NCBI GenBank assembly: GCA_963827565.1
Contig: CAWHBG010000002.1
Coordinates: forward strand, 970,952-1,034,951
From: Candidatus Aminicenantes bacterium
Lineage (GTDB): Bacteria; Acidobacteriota; Aminicenantia; UBA2199
DNA length: 64,000 nucleotides
Direction: 5' to 3'
The number at the start of each line of letters is the position of its first letter. Position 1 is the stretch's first letter. Both the position numbers and the translations under genes were made by a program. Positions 1-9,522 of this stretch are shown here, piece by piece. The notes beneath the pieces were generated by a model. The model ran no database searches. It had not been told where the DNA came from and saw only the letters and a list, made by a program, of their open reading frames with translations.

Positions 1-1024
1 GATATATAGCAAGGGGATCCCTCACTTCATCAAATATATGGCTTTGCAGATTTGCATAAACCCAACCGCCCCCTTCCTTTCCTATATTACCGGTTATAAC
101 CGGAAGAGAAATAATTGCCCGTATAGTCTGTCCACTGTTTCTATATCTCTGGATCCCGAATCCGGCAATCAGCGTCATCGGTTTGATCTTCCCGATCATA
201 CCGGCAATATTAAACAGGTCCTTCCGGGGAACTCCGGTTATATCCTCAACTCTTCCGGAGGTAAATTTTCCCGCAACTTTTTTATATTCACTAAATCCCT
301 TCACATATTTACTGATAAATTCTGTGTCAATTGATCCATTCCTGATCAGGAGATTACCTATCCCCAGGGCAAAAGCCCCGTCTGTTCCGGGAGCAGGAGA
401 GATGTGGATACTTGCTTTCGAAGCTGTTTCTGTTCTCCTCGGATCGATCACAATAAATTTTCCGCCTTTCCTCATTGAATTTTCAATAAATTTCATCTGG
501 TGGATATTTGTTTCGGCAATATTTTTCCCCCATGATATTATCAGTTTTGCATTTTCAATATCCCATGGCGAATTATGGATGTTCTCGCCGAGGGTCAATC
601 TTGTTGCTTCCAGCCCGGAAGGCCAGCAAAGGTCACCATATGTGGAAGTATATCCTCCTGCCATCTCCCAGAATGCAGCCCCTGTACTATTCAGAAGCCC
701 TTTAGTCCCTGTGGCTGAATAATAGAGGATGGACTCGGGGCCGTATCTCGCTTGTATTTCTTTAATCTTTGCAGAAATTGTAGAAACAGCTTCCTTCCAT
801 GTGATCCGGATAAACTGCCCACCTTTCTTTTTCAGGGGAAAGAGAAGGCGGTCCGGATGGTTTACCCTTTCAAAATAACTCAGCCCTTTCAGACATATCC
901 CTTCAGATGTTGCTCTGTTATCAGGATGGGGTTCTATAAGGCCTATACGTCCGTCTTTAATGGAAACCAGGAAGGAGCAGGTGCTGTAACAGTCTCTCGG
1001 ACAGGCAGAAACTTTCACTGCCAT
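1..1024 (-). CDS. Molybdopterin (Mo/W bis-MGD) oxidoreductase catalytic subunit, N-terminal part; 3' end runs off the window
   Basis: Absent from the supplied ORF track because there is no stop inside the window. Hand translation of the reverse strand from ATG at 1024..1022 gives MAVKVSACPRDCYSTCSFLVSIKDGRI...GICLKGLSYFERV...IISWGKNIAETNIH...GGKFIVIDPRRTETA...PAPGTDGAFALG. This is an N-terminal Cys-x2-Cys-x3-Cys 4Fe-4S motif followed by molybdopterin-oxidoreductase-like blocks. The frame stays open to position 1. Confidence 0.75.
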   Translation of the reverse strand, partial: MAVKVSACPRDCYSTCSFLVSIKDGRIGLIEPHPDNRATSEGICLKGLSYFERVNHPDRLLFPLKKKGGQFIRITWKEAVSTISAKIKEIQARYGPESILYYSATGTKGLLNSTGAAFWEMAGGYTSTYGDLCWPSGLEATRLTLGENIHNSPWDIENAKLIISWGKNIAETNIHQMKFIENSMRKGGKFIVIDPRRTETASKASIHISPAPGTDGAFALGIGNLLIRNGSIDTEFISKYVKGFSEYKKVAGKFTSGRVEDITGVPRKDLFNIAGMIGKIKPMTLIAGFGIQRYRNSGQTIRAIISLPVITGNIGKEGGGWVYANLQSHIFDEVRDPLAIY

Positions 1025-1025
1025 A

Positions 1026-1439
1026 TTATAATGTTATATCGTCCCTGTTAACTGTTATAGGTGAGAAGGCAGGGATACATACTGATATATATTCGGCACC
1101 ACCCTCTTCAGGAGTGCTGTACTTCACCCACTCTCCCGCCTTGATAAGTACTGCCTGGCCTTTTTTTATCTCAAAGTTCTGTTCAACAGTTTCTATTCGG
1201 AGCATCCCTTTTAAAACAATGGAATATTCATCAAATTCAGGCCTCTGTCCCGGCTCTTCCCATCCCGAAGGAGAGGTCATCTGGGCAATGCTGATCCCAC
1301 TTTCACCTGAATTGATCATACCAAAAAACTCCCTGATGATCTTACCCTCTGTTCCGGCAGCATCGATCAGGGAAGGGGAGTCTATTAAAACAGCCATCAG
1401 CATCTCCTTGCATTCGGGGAAGGATACACCCGATGCCAT
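1026..1439 (-). CDS. Cupin-domain protein
   Basis: 137-aa ORF with a cupin-like beta-barrel core (EYSIVLKGMLRIE...GQAVLIKAGEWVKYSTPEEGGAEYISVCIPAFSP). It lies 1 nt from the start of the downstream oxidoreductase gene, so it is probably co-transcribed. Confidence 0.55.
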   Translation of the reverse strand: MASGVSFPECKEMLMAVLIDSPSLIDAAGTEGKIIREFFGMINSGESGISIAQMTSPSGWEEPGQRPEFDEYSIVLKGMLRIETVEQNFEIKKGQAVLIKAGEWVKYSTPEEGGAEYISVCIPAFSPITVNRDDITL

Positions 1440-1516
1440 TATATTTTATGGAAATACGGAAAACATGTCAACAAAGGAGAAGGGAACTCAACACTATAAA
1501 TTTATAATTTACACTA

Positions 1517-2419
1517 TTAAAAATGCTCTTTTATGCTCTTCTCCAGAATTCTTGATGATTTGAACTCCGAGATCTGCATATAATGCAATGCAGCATCGAT
1601 AAATACCTGTTCCGGGATCATACCGATCATCTCAACATCAGTTATTCTTAATGAGTATCTTGAGGACATTATTTTGATCAGTTCGATAACCTTGAAAGGA
1701 GGTGTTACACTATGATTTGAAACAGAAACTGTCATCTCTGCAAAACCGGTATCAGGAGTTTTACCTGCATGGGATTTAACATGGCTTAATCCGCCGGAAC
1801 TATATTGTATCTCTCTGCATACCTTCTTTACCAGATCTGTCCTGGTTGAATCAAAATGGACCTTAAAACTTACCAGAGGATGCCTTGCTCCGATGATGGT
1901 TGCCCCAAAATCGGGATTAAATTTGTCAGGACCCAGATCCGGTCTCCACCTTGAATCTTTAAGCCTTGCTTCCAATCCTTCATATTCACATTCTCTTATG
2001 TGATCAATATCTTTTCTAATCGGAAATTGCGCAGATTCAGCAAAGAGGTAGATCGGGATGTTGAACTTCTCTGCAACTTCATTTGCAAATTTTTTCGACA
2101 ACTCAACACTCTCCTCAATAGTTACATCCTTGATCGGGACAAAAGGGAATACATCAAGAGCTCCGATCCTCGGGTATTCACCCTTGTGAGTTCTCATATC
2201 AATATCTTTAAGTGCTCTCTCATAGAGGAGGAACCCCCCTTTAAATATTGAATCGATCTCACCTGTGAAGGCAAAAACAGTCCTGTTCCTTGAACTGTCC
2301 ATGGAAGTATCCAACAGTATCAGTCCCGGTATTGCTTTCAACTCCTCTTCTATACTCTCTATCAGTTCTTTATTTTTTCCTTCACAAAGATTAGGTATTA
2401 CGGATACGATCTTTTCCAT
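1517..2419 (-). CDS. ftcD: Glutamate formimidoyltransferase (FTCD N-terminal type)
   Basis: 300 aa. The N-terminus VIPNLCEGKNKELIESI resembles the conserved CVPNFSEGR start of formiminotransferases, and the length is typical of stand-alone bacterial enzymes. Confidence 0.8.
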   Translation of the reverse strand: MEKIVSVIPNLCEGKNKELIESIEEELKAIPGLILLDTSMDSSRNRTVFAFTGEIDSIFKGGFLLYERALKDIDMRTHKGEYPRIGALDVFPFVPIKDVTIEESVELSKKFANEVAEKFNIPIYLFAESAQFPIRKDIDHIRECEYEGLEARLKDSRWRPDLGPDKFNPDFGATIIGARHPLVSFKVHFDSTRTDLVKKVCREIQYSSGGLSHVKSHAGKTPDTGFAEMTVSVSNHSVTPPFKVIELIKIMSSRYSLRITDVEMIGMIPEQVFIDAALHYMQISEFKSSRILEKSIKEHF

Positions 2420-2447
2420 TTTATTCTCCTCTCTTGAATTCTTTCAT

Positions 2448-3905
2448 TTAAAATATCCCGAGAAATACACCTGCGGCAATTGCTGATCCGATAACTCCTG
2501 CAACGTTAGGTCCCATTGCATGCTGAAGGAGATAGTTTTCCGGATCATATTCTCTTCCGATATTGTGTACAACCCTTGCCGAATCCGGAACAGCAGATAC
2601 TCCGGCGGCCCCAATAAGCGGATTTATTTTAGTCCTGAGGAACAGATTCATCAATTTAGCGAACAACAGGCCGCACGATGTAGCGATCCCGAATGATATA
2701 ACGCCAAGTACAAAAATTGTGATCGAGGTCTTATTCAGAAAAACCTGCGCTGTTGTCGATGCCCCTACTGCCAGTCCCAGTATAATAGTTGCTATATCTA
2801 TCAAAGCATTGGAGGCTGTTTTTGCAAGCCTACCGGTAACTCCTGATTCTTTTAGCAGATTTCCGAAAAACAGCATTCCCAGAAGGGGTATTGCCCCGGG
2901 GGCAACCAGTGTCGTCAGTATAAATCCTGCTATCGGAAATATTATCTTTTCCGTCTTTTTTACTTTCCTTGAAGGCTTCATACGGATCAGCCTCTCCTTT
3001 CTGGTAGTTAAAAGCCTCATGATAGGCGGCTGGATAATGGGTACCATGGCCATATATGAATAAGCGGCAATAGCTATCGGCCCTATAAGTTCCGGTGCCA
3101 GTTTAGAGGAAAGGAAGATCGCAGTTGGTCCATCGGCCCCTCCTATTATTCCGATCGAAGCTGCTTTAGCCGGTGAAAACCCGAGCATCAATGCCCCGAG
3201 GAATGTAATAAATATTCCGGTCTGTGCTGCAGCCCCGAGAAGGATACTTTTAGGATTGGATAAGAGTGCTGAAAAATCTGTCATTGCACCTATTCCGAGA
3301 AAAATGAGTGGCGGGAGGAGACCGTATCTGACCCCGTAATAGAGGAGGCCCATAACACTGCCGCCTGAAGTATTAAAAGTATACTCCGAAGTGACCGGAT
3401 CTATCATATATACAGAAATATTATCAAAAAGCTGTAAGGGCAGAGGAATATTCCCGACAATAATACCAAAACCAATGGGTACAAGTAGAAGAGGTTCATA
3501 GTCCTTCTTAATTGAGATATATATAAAGAATATCCCGACCAGGATCATGATAATATTTTTGTATGAAAGATTTGCAAATCCTGTTCCGGATATGATCTCA
3601 TCCAGTGTTCCCGGAAAACGGAGACTGACAGCATTTTCCGGATCCTTCCCCGGTGACCGGTGGGTAAGTTCAGCTTTCAGAAAATTCTTACCCGTTTCCT
3701 TAATCCTTATCAATCCTACAACTTCACCTTTGTTATCAATCAATTCTCCCTTCAACTTCCCTTGAGGCACCAGTCCTGATTCAATTTTCACCCGGATAAT
3801 ATTGCTGCCTTCAACAATATCTGCTTTGATACTTATTGAAGAGAAAAGCATCATTCCCATTAATGATAATACTGTAAAGATTAGAAATCGGCTGATTTTA
3901 TTCAT
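2448..3905 (-). CDS. mmdB: Na+-translocating decarboxylase, beta (pump) subunit, with an extra N-terminal segment of about 110 aa
   Basis: 485-aa polytopic membrane protein. The OadB/MmdB/GcdB-like core starts at about residue 112 (KKDYEPLLLVPIGFGIIVGNIP ... GGADGPTAIF). It is the last gene of the decarboxylase operon. Confidence 0.85.
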   Translation of the reverse strand: MNKISRFLIFTVLSLMGMMLFSSISIKADIVEGSNIIRVKIESGLVPQGKLKGELIDNKGEVVGLIRIKETGKNFLKAELTHRSPGKDPENAVSLRFPGTLDEIISGTGFANLSYKNIIMILVGIFFIYISIKKDYEPLLLVPIGFGIIVGNIPLPLQLFDNISVYMIDPVTSEYTFNTSGGSVMGLLYYGVRYGLLPPLIFLGIGAMTDFSALLSNPKSILLGAAAQTGIFITFLGALMLGFSPAKAASIGIIGGADGPTAIFLSSKLAPELIGPIAIAAYSYMAMVPIIQPPIMRLLTTRKERLIRMKPSRKVKKTEKIIFPIAGFILTTLVAPGAIPLLGMLFFGNLLKESGVTGRLAKTASNALIDIATIILGLAVGASTTAQVFLNKTSITIFVLGVISFGIATSCGLLFAKLMNLFLRTKINPLIGAAGVSAVPDSARVVHNIGREYDPENYLLQHAMGPNVAGVIGSAIAAGVFLGIF

Positions 3906-3906
3906 T

Positions 3907-4368
3907 TTACAAAGTGGTCATAGCCGGACGCTTCAACTCAACCAGAAGGTCCTCTTCCGAGACGCTGTCATTTTCTGCCACATGAATTTTTCCTACTATC
4001 CCGTCATAAGGGGCCTTTATCTCATTTTCCATCTTCATGGCTTCAATAATAAGAACATGTTCCCCCGCTTTGATCCTCTCCCCCTCCTTCACTTTAACGC
4101 TGAGTACCACTCCCGGCATCGGAGCCTTAATTCCGTCTCCGGATATCAAAGTTTTAGTTCCGGTTGTTTTCACAGGTCTTGAAACAGCAATTGATTCAGA
4201 TACTGCCCTGGCAAACTTTTCAACAGGTTTAACACCATTCATTCCGAACTCTTTAATGTTGACATCATAAATATTCCCGTCAACAGATATCTTTGCAAAA
4301 TTATTATTTATCTCTAATACACTTGCACTATAATCTTTTTCTCCAATACTCAGAACATATTTTTTCAT
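3907..4368 (-). CDS. mmdC: Biotin carboxyl carrier subunit of the decarboxylase
   Basis: 153 aa with a C-terminal biotinyl domain carrying the canonical EAMKMENEI biotin-attachment motif. Confidence 0.8.
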   Translation of the reverse strand: MKKYVLSIGEKDYSASVLEINNNFAKISVDGNIYDVNIKEFGMNGVKPVEKFARAVSESIAVSRPVKTTGTKTLISGDGIKAPMPGVVLSVKVKEGERIKAGEHVLIIEAMKMENEIKAPYDGIVGKIHVAENDSVSEEDLLVELKRPAMTTL

Positions 4369-4377
4369 TTTAACCTT

Positions 4378-4659
4378 CTATTTAAATGTAAATCTCCCTT
4401 TATCGAGAAGGGACCTCATTTTAAATTCGATATCAAGTACCGTAACCAATACGGCCAGGTGATCTTCACAGATATCCGTACTTGGGACTACACTCTTTTT
4501 ATTTTCAGTCTTATCTTTTTTGCGGCGGAAATAATATACAACCTTCGGGATTGTGGAGAATAGATTGATCATTATAAAGGTTAGTATTAATCCGGCAAAA
4601 ACAACACTAATACCTATTATTGTGATCTCAATACCCTGTTTAAGAAATATATTATCCAT
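4378..4659 (-). CDS. Small single-pass membrane subunit (OadG/MmdD-like) of the decarboxylase
   Basis: 93 aa with one N-terminal hydrophobic helix (ITIIGISVVFAGLILTFIMINLF). Its position between the carboxyltransferase and biotin carrier genes matches known Na+ decarboxylase operons. Assigned from context, not from a motif. Confidence 0.5.
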   Translation of the reverse strand: MDNIFLKQGIEITIIGISVVFAGLILTFIMINLFSTIPKVVYYFRRKKDKTENKKSVVPSTDICEDHLAVLVTVLDIEFKMRSLLDKGRFTFK

Positions 4660-4661
4660 TT

Positions 4662-6218
4662 TTATAATGGTATATTACCGTGTTTTTTTTCAGGATTGCT
4701 GCTTTTTTTTCCTGAAAGCATTTTTAATGATTTAATAAGTTTTATCCGGGTATTGGCAGGGACAATAATATCATCAATATACCCCTTTTCTGCTGCATTA
4801 TAAGGATTTGCAAACATCTCCTTGTATTTGTCCATTAGCTTTACAAGCTGCTGCTCCCTCTCATTTCCTTCAAGGTCCCGCAACTCCTTTTTATATACTA
4901 TCTCGGCAGCTCCGTCAGGGCCCATTACAGCTATCTCCGCAGTAGGCCAGGCCATTACGACATCACCTCTGAGATGCTTGGAATTCATCACGCAATATGC
5001 ACCTCCATAAGCTTTTCTTAGGATTACAGTGATCTTCGGAACAGTTGCTTCAGCGAATGCATACAATAATTTCGCACCATTCCTGATAATTCCACCGTAC
5101 TCCTGTCTGGTTCCCGGCATGAATCCGGGTACATCTTCAAATACAACAAGGGGAATGTTGAAAGAATCACAGAAACGGACAAACCTTGCTGCTTTAATTG
5201 AAGCATCATTATCAATAACTCCTGAAAGGTGGGCTGGCTGATTTGCCACTATCCCGATTGAATTACCGTTCAGACGGGCAAATCCGATAACAATATTCTT
5301 TGCATAATTTTCCTGTATCTCAAAAAACAGTCCGTCATCTGTTACTCTTTGAATTACTTCCCGGACATCATAAGCTTTATTCGGATTATCAGGAACTATA
5401 TAATTCAGTTCATCATCTGTCCTGTCAAGAGGGTCATCTGTCTCAATTAAAGGGGGATTCTCTTTGCAGTTCTGAGGGAGAAATGTCAGTAGTTCCCTCA
5501 CACCTTCTATCAGTTCAGACTCATCATCATATACTAGATGAGCAACTCCGCTAACAGATGAATGGATAGATGCTCCCCCCAATTGTTCGGTTGTCACATC
5601 CTCAGCTGTAACTTTTTTTACAACTTTAGGGCCGGTAAGGAACATATATGAGGTCTCCTTTTTCATTACAACAAAATCGGTAATTGCCGGTGAATAGACA
5701 GCTCCTCCCGCGCAGGGGCCCAGGATCAGAGATATCTGAGGGACAACTCCTGAATACATCACATTCTTGAGAAATATATCAGAATAACCTGCAAGGGCAT
5801 CCACTCCCTCCTGAATCCGGGCGCCTCCCGAATCATTCAGACCAACGACAGGAGCACCGGAATTGGCTGCCATATCCATTATTTTACAGATCTTTTCCGA
5901 ATAAGCTTTTGAAAGGGAGCCGCCGAATATTGTAAAATCCTGTGAAAAAACAAAAATAAGCCGGCCGTTTATCGTTCCATATCCGGTTATGACACCATCG
6001 GTGTAAGGCTTCGAAAGATCCATTCCGAAATCGGTACACCGGTGCTTTTTGAAGATATCAAATTCTTCAAAGCTGCCCTCATCGAGAAGCATCTCAACTC
6101 TCTCTCTGGCAGTATATTTTCCGCTGTCATGCTGTTTCTTTATCCTTTCTTCACCACCACCGGATCTGGCCTCATCCTTTCTGTTCGCAAGATCCAGCAG
6201 TTTCTTATCGATTTCCAT
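4662..6218 (-). CDS. mmdA: Acyl-CoA carboxyltransferase (methylmalonyl-CoA decarboxylase alpha / PccB family)
   Basis: The ORF reads 4662..6251. I prefer the ATG at 6218 ([10 protein letters not shown]...) because GGAGGG sits upstream. Family hallmarks appear throughout ([52 protein letters not shown]). Methylmalonyl-CoA versus another acyl-CoA substrate cannot be settled by eye. Confidence 0.85.
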   Translation of the reverse strand: MEIDKKLLDLANRKDEARSGGGEERIKKQHDSGKYTARERVEMLLDEGSFEEFDIFKKHRCTDFGMDLSKPYTDGVITGYGTINGRLIFVFSQDFTIFGGSLSKAYSEKICKIMDMAANSGAPVVGLNDSGGARIQEGVDALAGYSDIFLKNVMYSGVVPQISLILGPCAGGAVYSPAITDFVVMKKETSYMFLTGPKVVKKVTAEDVTTEQLGGASIHSSVSGVAHLVYDDESELIEGVRELLTFLPQNCKENPPLIETDDPLDRTDDELNYIVPDNPNKAYDVREVIQRVTDDGLFFEIQENYAKNIVIGFARLNGNSIGIVANQPAHLSGVIDNDASIKAARFVRFCDSFNIPLVVFEDVPGFMPGTRQEYGGIIRNGAKLLYAFAEATVPKITVILRKAYGGAYCVMNSKHLRGDVVMAWPTAEIAVMGPDGAAEIVYKKELRDLEGNEREQQLVKLMDKYKEMFANPYNAAEKGYIDDIIVPANTRIKLIKSLKMLSGKKSSNPEKKHGNIPL

Positions 6219-6369
6219 TTTCCCTCCGGAATAAACAGGTATACTTATCACACTAAGAGGGTGGAATCAACGGATTTTTGTTAAAAAAAAAATTATAGTT
6301 ATTGAATACTGACAGATCATAATCCAGTCAATATTTCTAATCTTTAAATTTCCTTATTTTCACTATGAT

Positions 6370-7053
6370 TTACAGGATATTTCTCAATTCCTGCACACTT
6401 TTAATAATATATGTGGGAATAATATTGGTTTTGTTCTCATGATTTTCAGGATTGATCCAGCAGGTATCAATACCGTAGGAAAAACCGCCTGCAATATCGG
6501 AAGAGAGGCTGTCACCAACAAGCAGAACTTCATTTTTATCCGGATTCCCCATCCTCCTGAATGACTCATCAAAAATAGCTTTATCCGGTTTTGCGGCTCC
6601 TATCTCTTCAGAGATAAAAACATCTGAAAAAAATTCAGTTATCTCTGAACCGGACAACCGCTCTCTCTGGACATCTTTTAATCCGTTTGTGATAAGGTAC
6701 ATTCTGACTGAATTTGTGGACAACTCAGTCAGAAAGGTGAGTACGCCGGGGAGGAGGAATCGCCCCTGTGACAAATTCCTCAGATACGAGACACTGAATT
6801 TATCCGGGGAAATCTCAATTCCCAAAGATTCACTGAGCCGCCTGAACCTTTCAGTTTTTAACTCTTTCTGGGTAATCGATCCTGATTCATAGTCGAGCCA
6901 TATCTGTTTGTTGATCTTTCTGTATTCGGAAAGAAAGGTGTCCCTGTGCTCAAAACCTGATTCTCTGAATGTTTGGTTTAATGCGTAACTCTCAGCTCTA
7001 TCATAATCAAAAAGGGTCCCGTCAAGATCAAAGAGGAGATACCGGTATTTCAT
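6370..7053 (-). CDS. HAD-IA family hydrolase (YjjG-like nucleotidase/phosphatase)
   Basis: 227 aa with HAD motif I (LLFDLDGTLFDY), motif II (LITNG) and motif IV (VGDSLSSDI). Confidence 0.8.
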   Translation of the reverse strand: MKYRYLLFDLDGTLFDYDRAESYALNQTFRESGFEHRDTFLSEYRKINKQIWLDYESGSITQKELKTERFRRLSESLGIEISPDKFSVSYLRNLSQGRFLLPGVLTFLTELSTNSVRMYLITNGLKDVQRERLSGSEITEFFSDVFISEEIGAAKPDKAIFDESFRRMGNPDKNEVLLVGDSLSSDIAGGFSYGIDTCWINPENHENKTNIIPTYIIKSVQELRNIL

Positions 7054-7100
7054 GAATGAATAATATCTCAGAAACAGATTTTGTTCAATGTGAAAAGTGT

Positions 7101-7143
7101 GAAGAAAACACGGCCGGGATGAGGAGGGGGAAGTTCCCGGCCG
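7101..7143 (-). terminator. Putative rho-independent terminator of the response-regulator gene
   Basis: A 9-bp GC-rich stem, cggccggga (7111..7119) paired with tcccggccg (7135..7143). On the minus strand it is followed by tgttttcttc. The 15-nt loop is rather large. Confidence 0.45.
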
Positions 7144-7161
7144 GTTTAAAATAATTATTAG

Positions 7162-8241
7162 TCAGTCAACGAGTGCTTCTTCAAAGGCCTTGATCATTCT
7201 TGGCATGGCTATGTTCAACAGGAGCCCCAATTGGGTTTTATTTCTATCGATCAGCATTCCCCACCTGAAATCACCAAGAAGTATTACAACAATCATTTTG
7301 TCACCAGCTACATCCATAATGTAATATCTTCCGAGAGGTGGGAAACCAGATTCTTCGAGTGCATTTTTCATATAGTCCGAAATCTGATTAAATAATGCAC
7401 AAGCCTGTGGGTTGGAATTGAATCCAACAATGGACTGTCCATCGGAAGAGCTGAATATATCGGTTGCAAGAAGCCCTTGTCCAAGATCATTTTTCTGAAT
7501 ATTAACAGCCTCATTTAATTTTTCTACATCCATTTTTTTCTCCTTATTGTTTGTTTTACTTTCAAATATTTCTTCATCACTTAACTTCATTGAATCCATC
7601 ATCAAAGCAACAAAAGGGACATCAATCGATCTCGGGACCACTTCGCCATTTTTTGATATTGAAAATTTCCCCTTATTCATTGCAATTATAAATTTTGCCG
7701 CTTCCAATCCTTCAAATTCACTATATTCTGCATGAATGATCTCTCCTTTCTCAAAATAGATGAATCCGATATTATCCTGATGTTCGATCTTTACCGTAAC
7801 CGATTTTTTCTCCAGATTTACCATCTGAAAGAGAGAAGTAAGATCGATTGATTCAATTGTTCCCGACACTCCCGGATCTGAAAAATATTCCAGTATCTTG
7901 TCTTTGAACCACTCCAGATTGAACGGTTTCATTATCACATCAAGACCGCCCAATTCCCGTACATTAGCAAGCAGATCTTCAGTTCCATATGCGGTCATTG
8001 CAATAAATCCACCCTTGAATTTTTTCTTCTTTAGATAAACAAAGAGATCCAAACCACTTTTTCCGGGCATTCTTATATCGGAAACTATAAGATCATATTT
8101 ATTCTTTTTATGGAGTTTTTTTGCGTCATCGACAGAGAAACATATATCTGTTACAAATCTATTACTGAATTCTTTCAATCCATCCCGGAGTCCTTCGAGA
8201 AAAAACTCTTCATCATCAACAAGTAATAATCGTTTTGCCAT
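7162..8241 (-). CDS. Response regulator: receiver + DUF4388 (PATAN) + Roadblock/LC7-like C-terminal domain
   Basis: The ORF reads to 8301, but a receiver domain normally starts at MAKRLLLVDDEEFF (ATG at 8241). REC motifs are present (DLIVSDIRMPGKSG, AMTAY). The middle segment, DLTSLFQMVNLEKKSVTVKIEHQDNIGFIYFEKGEIIHAEY..GLEAAKFI, matches the DUF4388 pattern. The Roadblock assignment of the C-terminal ~120 aa rests on general resemblance only. Confidence 0.65.
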   Translation of the reverse strand: MAKRLLLVDDEEFFLEGLRDGLKEFSNRFVTDICFSVDDAKKLHKKNKYDLIVSDIRMPGKSGLDLFVYLKKKKFKGGFIAMTAYGTEDLLANVRELGGLDVIMKPFNLEWFKDKILEYFSDPGVSGTIESIDLTSLFQMVNLEKKSVTVKIEHQDNIGFIYFEKGEIIHAEYSEFEGLEAAKFIIAMNKGKFSISKNGEVVPRSIDVPFVALMMDSMKLSDEEIFESKTNNKEKKMDVEKLNEAVNIQKNDLGQGLLATDIFSSSDGQSIVGFNSNPQACALFNQISDYMKNALEESGFPPLGRYYIMDVAGDKMIVVILLGDFRWGMLIDRNKTQLGLLLNIAMPRMIKAFEEALVD

Positions 8242-8427
8242 ATTTAATCCTGAAATAAATAAGCAATACACTTGCCAAACATATAATCCTGAAAGATCCA
8301 ATACTGCTGAGGAATTTTTTACAGCAAAAAGCCTGCCGGGTCAGTATGGACCGTCCATTCTGGCCTGCCAGTTCAAAATGAGCCGCTTTTGATTGAAAAA
8401 TAAACTATTTAAATGTAATATAAAGAT

Positions 8428-9522
8428 ATGGCTAATAATGAAAAAGAGAATACTTCTTCAAAAATAAAAAAAAAGATCAAACAGGTTGTTTCAAACAAGT
8501 CATATTGGTTCAATGAAGTATTCGAAAATATTCCACTGGGTGTTATTTTATTCAGCATGACTGACGGGAGTGTTCTATATGCAAACAAATCTGCAGAAAA
8601 ATATTCTCTGATAGAAGATAAATTTTTCCAGACTATTTACAGCAGTATTAATCATTTCACTAACTCAAGGGAAAAGATCGCAATAAACCGCGAACTCTTA
8701 TTAAGATCAAAGGAGCAAAGTACAAAACTCGGATATTCATCTTATGCGGTAAATGACCATATTTCACTTGTTCTTCTGAGTGATATTGCATCTAAAACCG
8801 TTTACTCAAACACAAAACAGGAAAACATCTTCTATGACAAATTATCTGAACTTATAGCTGAAGTTGCCCATGAAATCGGAAATCCGCTTGCAGGAATAAG
8901 CATGAGCCTTCAGGTACTACTCAGCAATGTTAATGAATGGCCCAAAGAAAAGTCATTTGATTACATATCCAGAACCATTCTTGAAATAGAAAGGCTTTCA
9001 GCATTTTTAAAGAGCATCAGGGAGGTATCAAAAGAGACAGATCTGCAATTCAAACAACTGGCCTTAAAAAAAATTGTCAGCAAACTTATTTCCAGAAACT
9101 ATGATCTGATCAAAGATAAAAGAATAAAAATTGAGAATAATATTGAAGATGATCTTATGGTTTTTCTCGATGAGAACGCTTTTTATCAGATTTTACTCAA
9201 TCTTCTCAACAATTCCCTTTATATTCTTAAGAAAAACCAAAAAATATCTATATATATAGAAAATATTGATGATCACTACATAAAAATGATTTACAGGAAC
9301 AACGGAGAACCGATCAGCAATCAGATCATCGATAAGATTTTTTCCCCTTTTTTCACAACCAGGGATAAAGGCCAGGGACTCGGACTGGCAATATCTCTGA
9401 AACTTATGACAAGAATGGGTGGAACGATCCGGGTAGAAACGCCGTTTGATGGAGCTGGTGTAAAATTCGCCATCTATATACAAAAAAGGTCGGAAAACAA
9501 TGGAAAAGAACAGCAAACATAA
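8428..9522 (+). CDS. Cytoplasmic sensor histidine kinase (PAS-like N-terminus, HisKA, HATPase_c)
   Basis: H-box EVAHEIGNPLAGI, N-box LLNLLNNSLY, G-box DKGQGLGLAIS. No obvious transmembrane segment. Overlaps the downstream regulator gene by 23 nt. Confidence 0.85.
   Translation: MANNEKENTSSKIKKKIKQVVSNKSYWFNEVFENIPLGVILFSMTDGSVLYANKSAEKYSLIEDKFFQTIYSSINHFTNSREKIAINRELLLRSKEQSTKLGYSSYAVNDHISLVLLSDIASKTVYSNTKQENIFYDKLSELIAEVAHEIGNPLAGISMSLQVLLSNVNEWPKEKSFDYISRTILEIERLSAFLKSIREVSKETDLQFKQLALKKIVSKLISRNYDLIKDKRIKIENNIEDDLMVFLDENAFYQILLNLLNNSLYILKKNQKISIYIENIDDHYIKMIYRNNGEPISNQIIDKIFSPFFTTRDKGQGLGLAISLKLMTRMGGTIRVETPFDGAGVKFAIYIQKRSENNGKEQQT

Noticed and set aside
38-1051. Plus-strand ORFs 38..334, 183..722, 508..705 and 752..1051
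   Set aside because: They lie antisense to a well-supported molybdopterin oxidoreductase reading frame. Their translations are low-complexity with no motifs.
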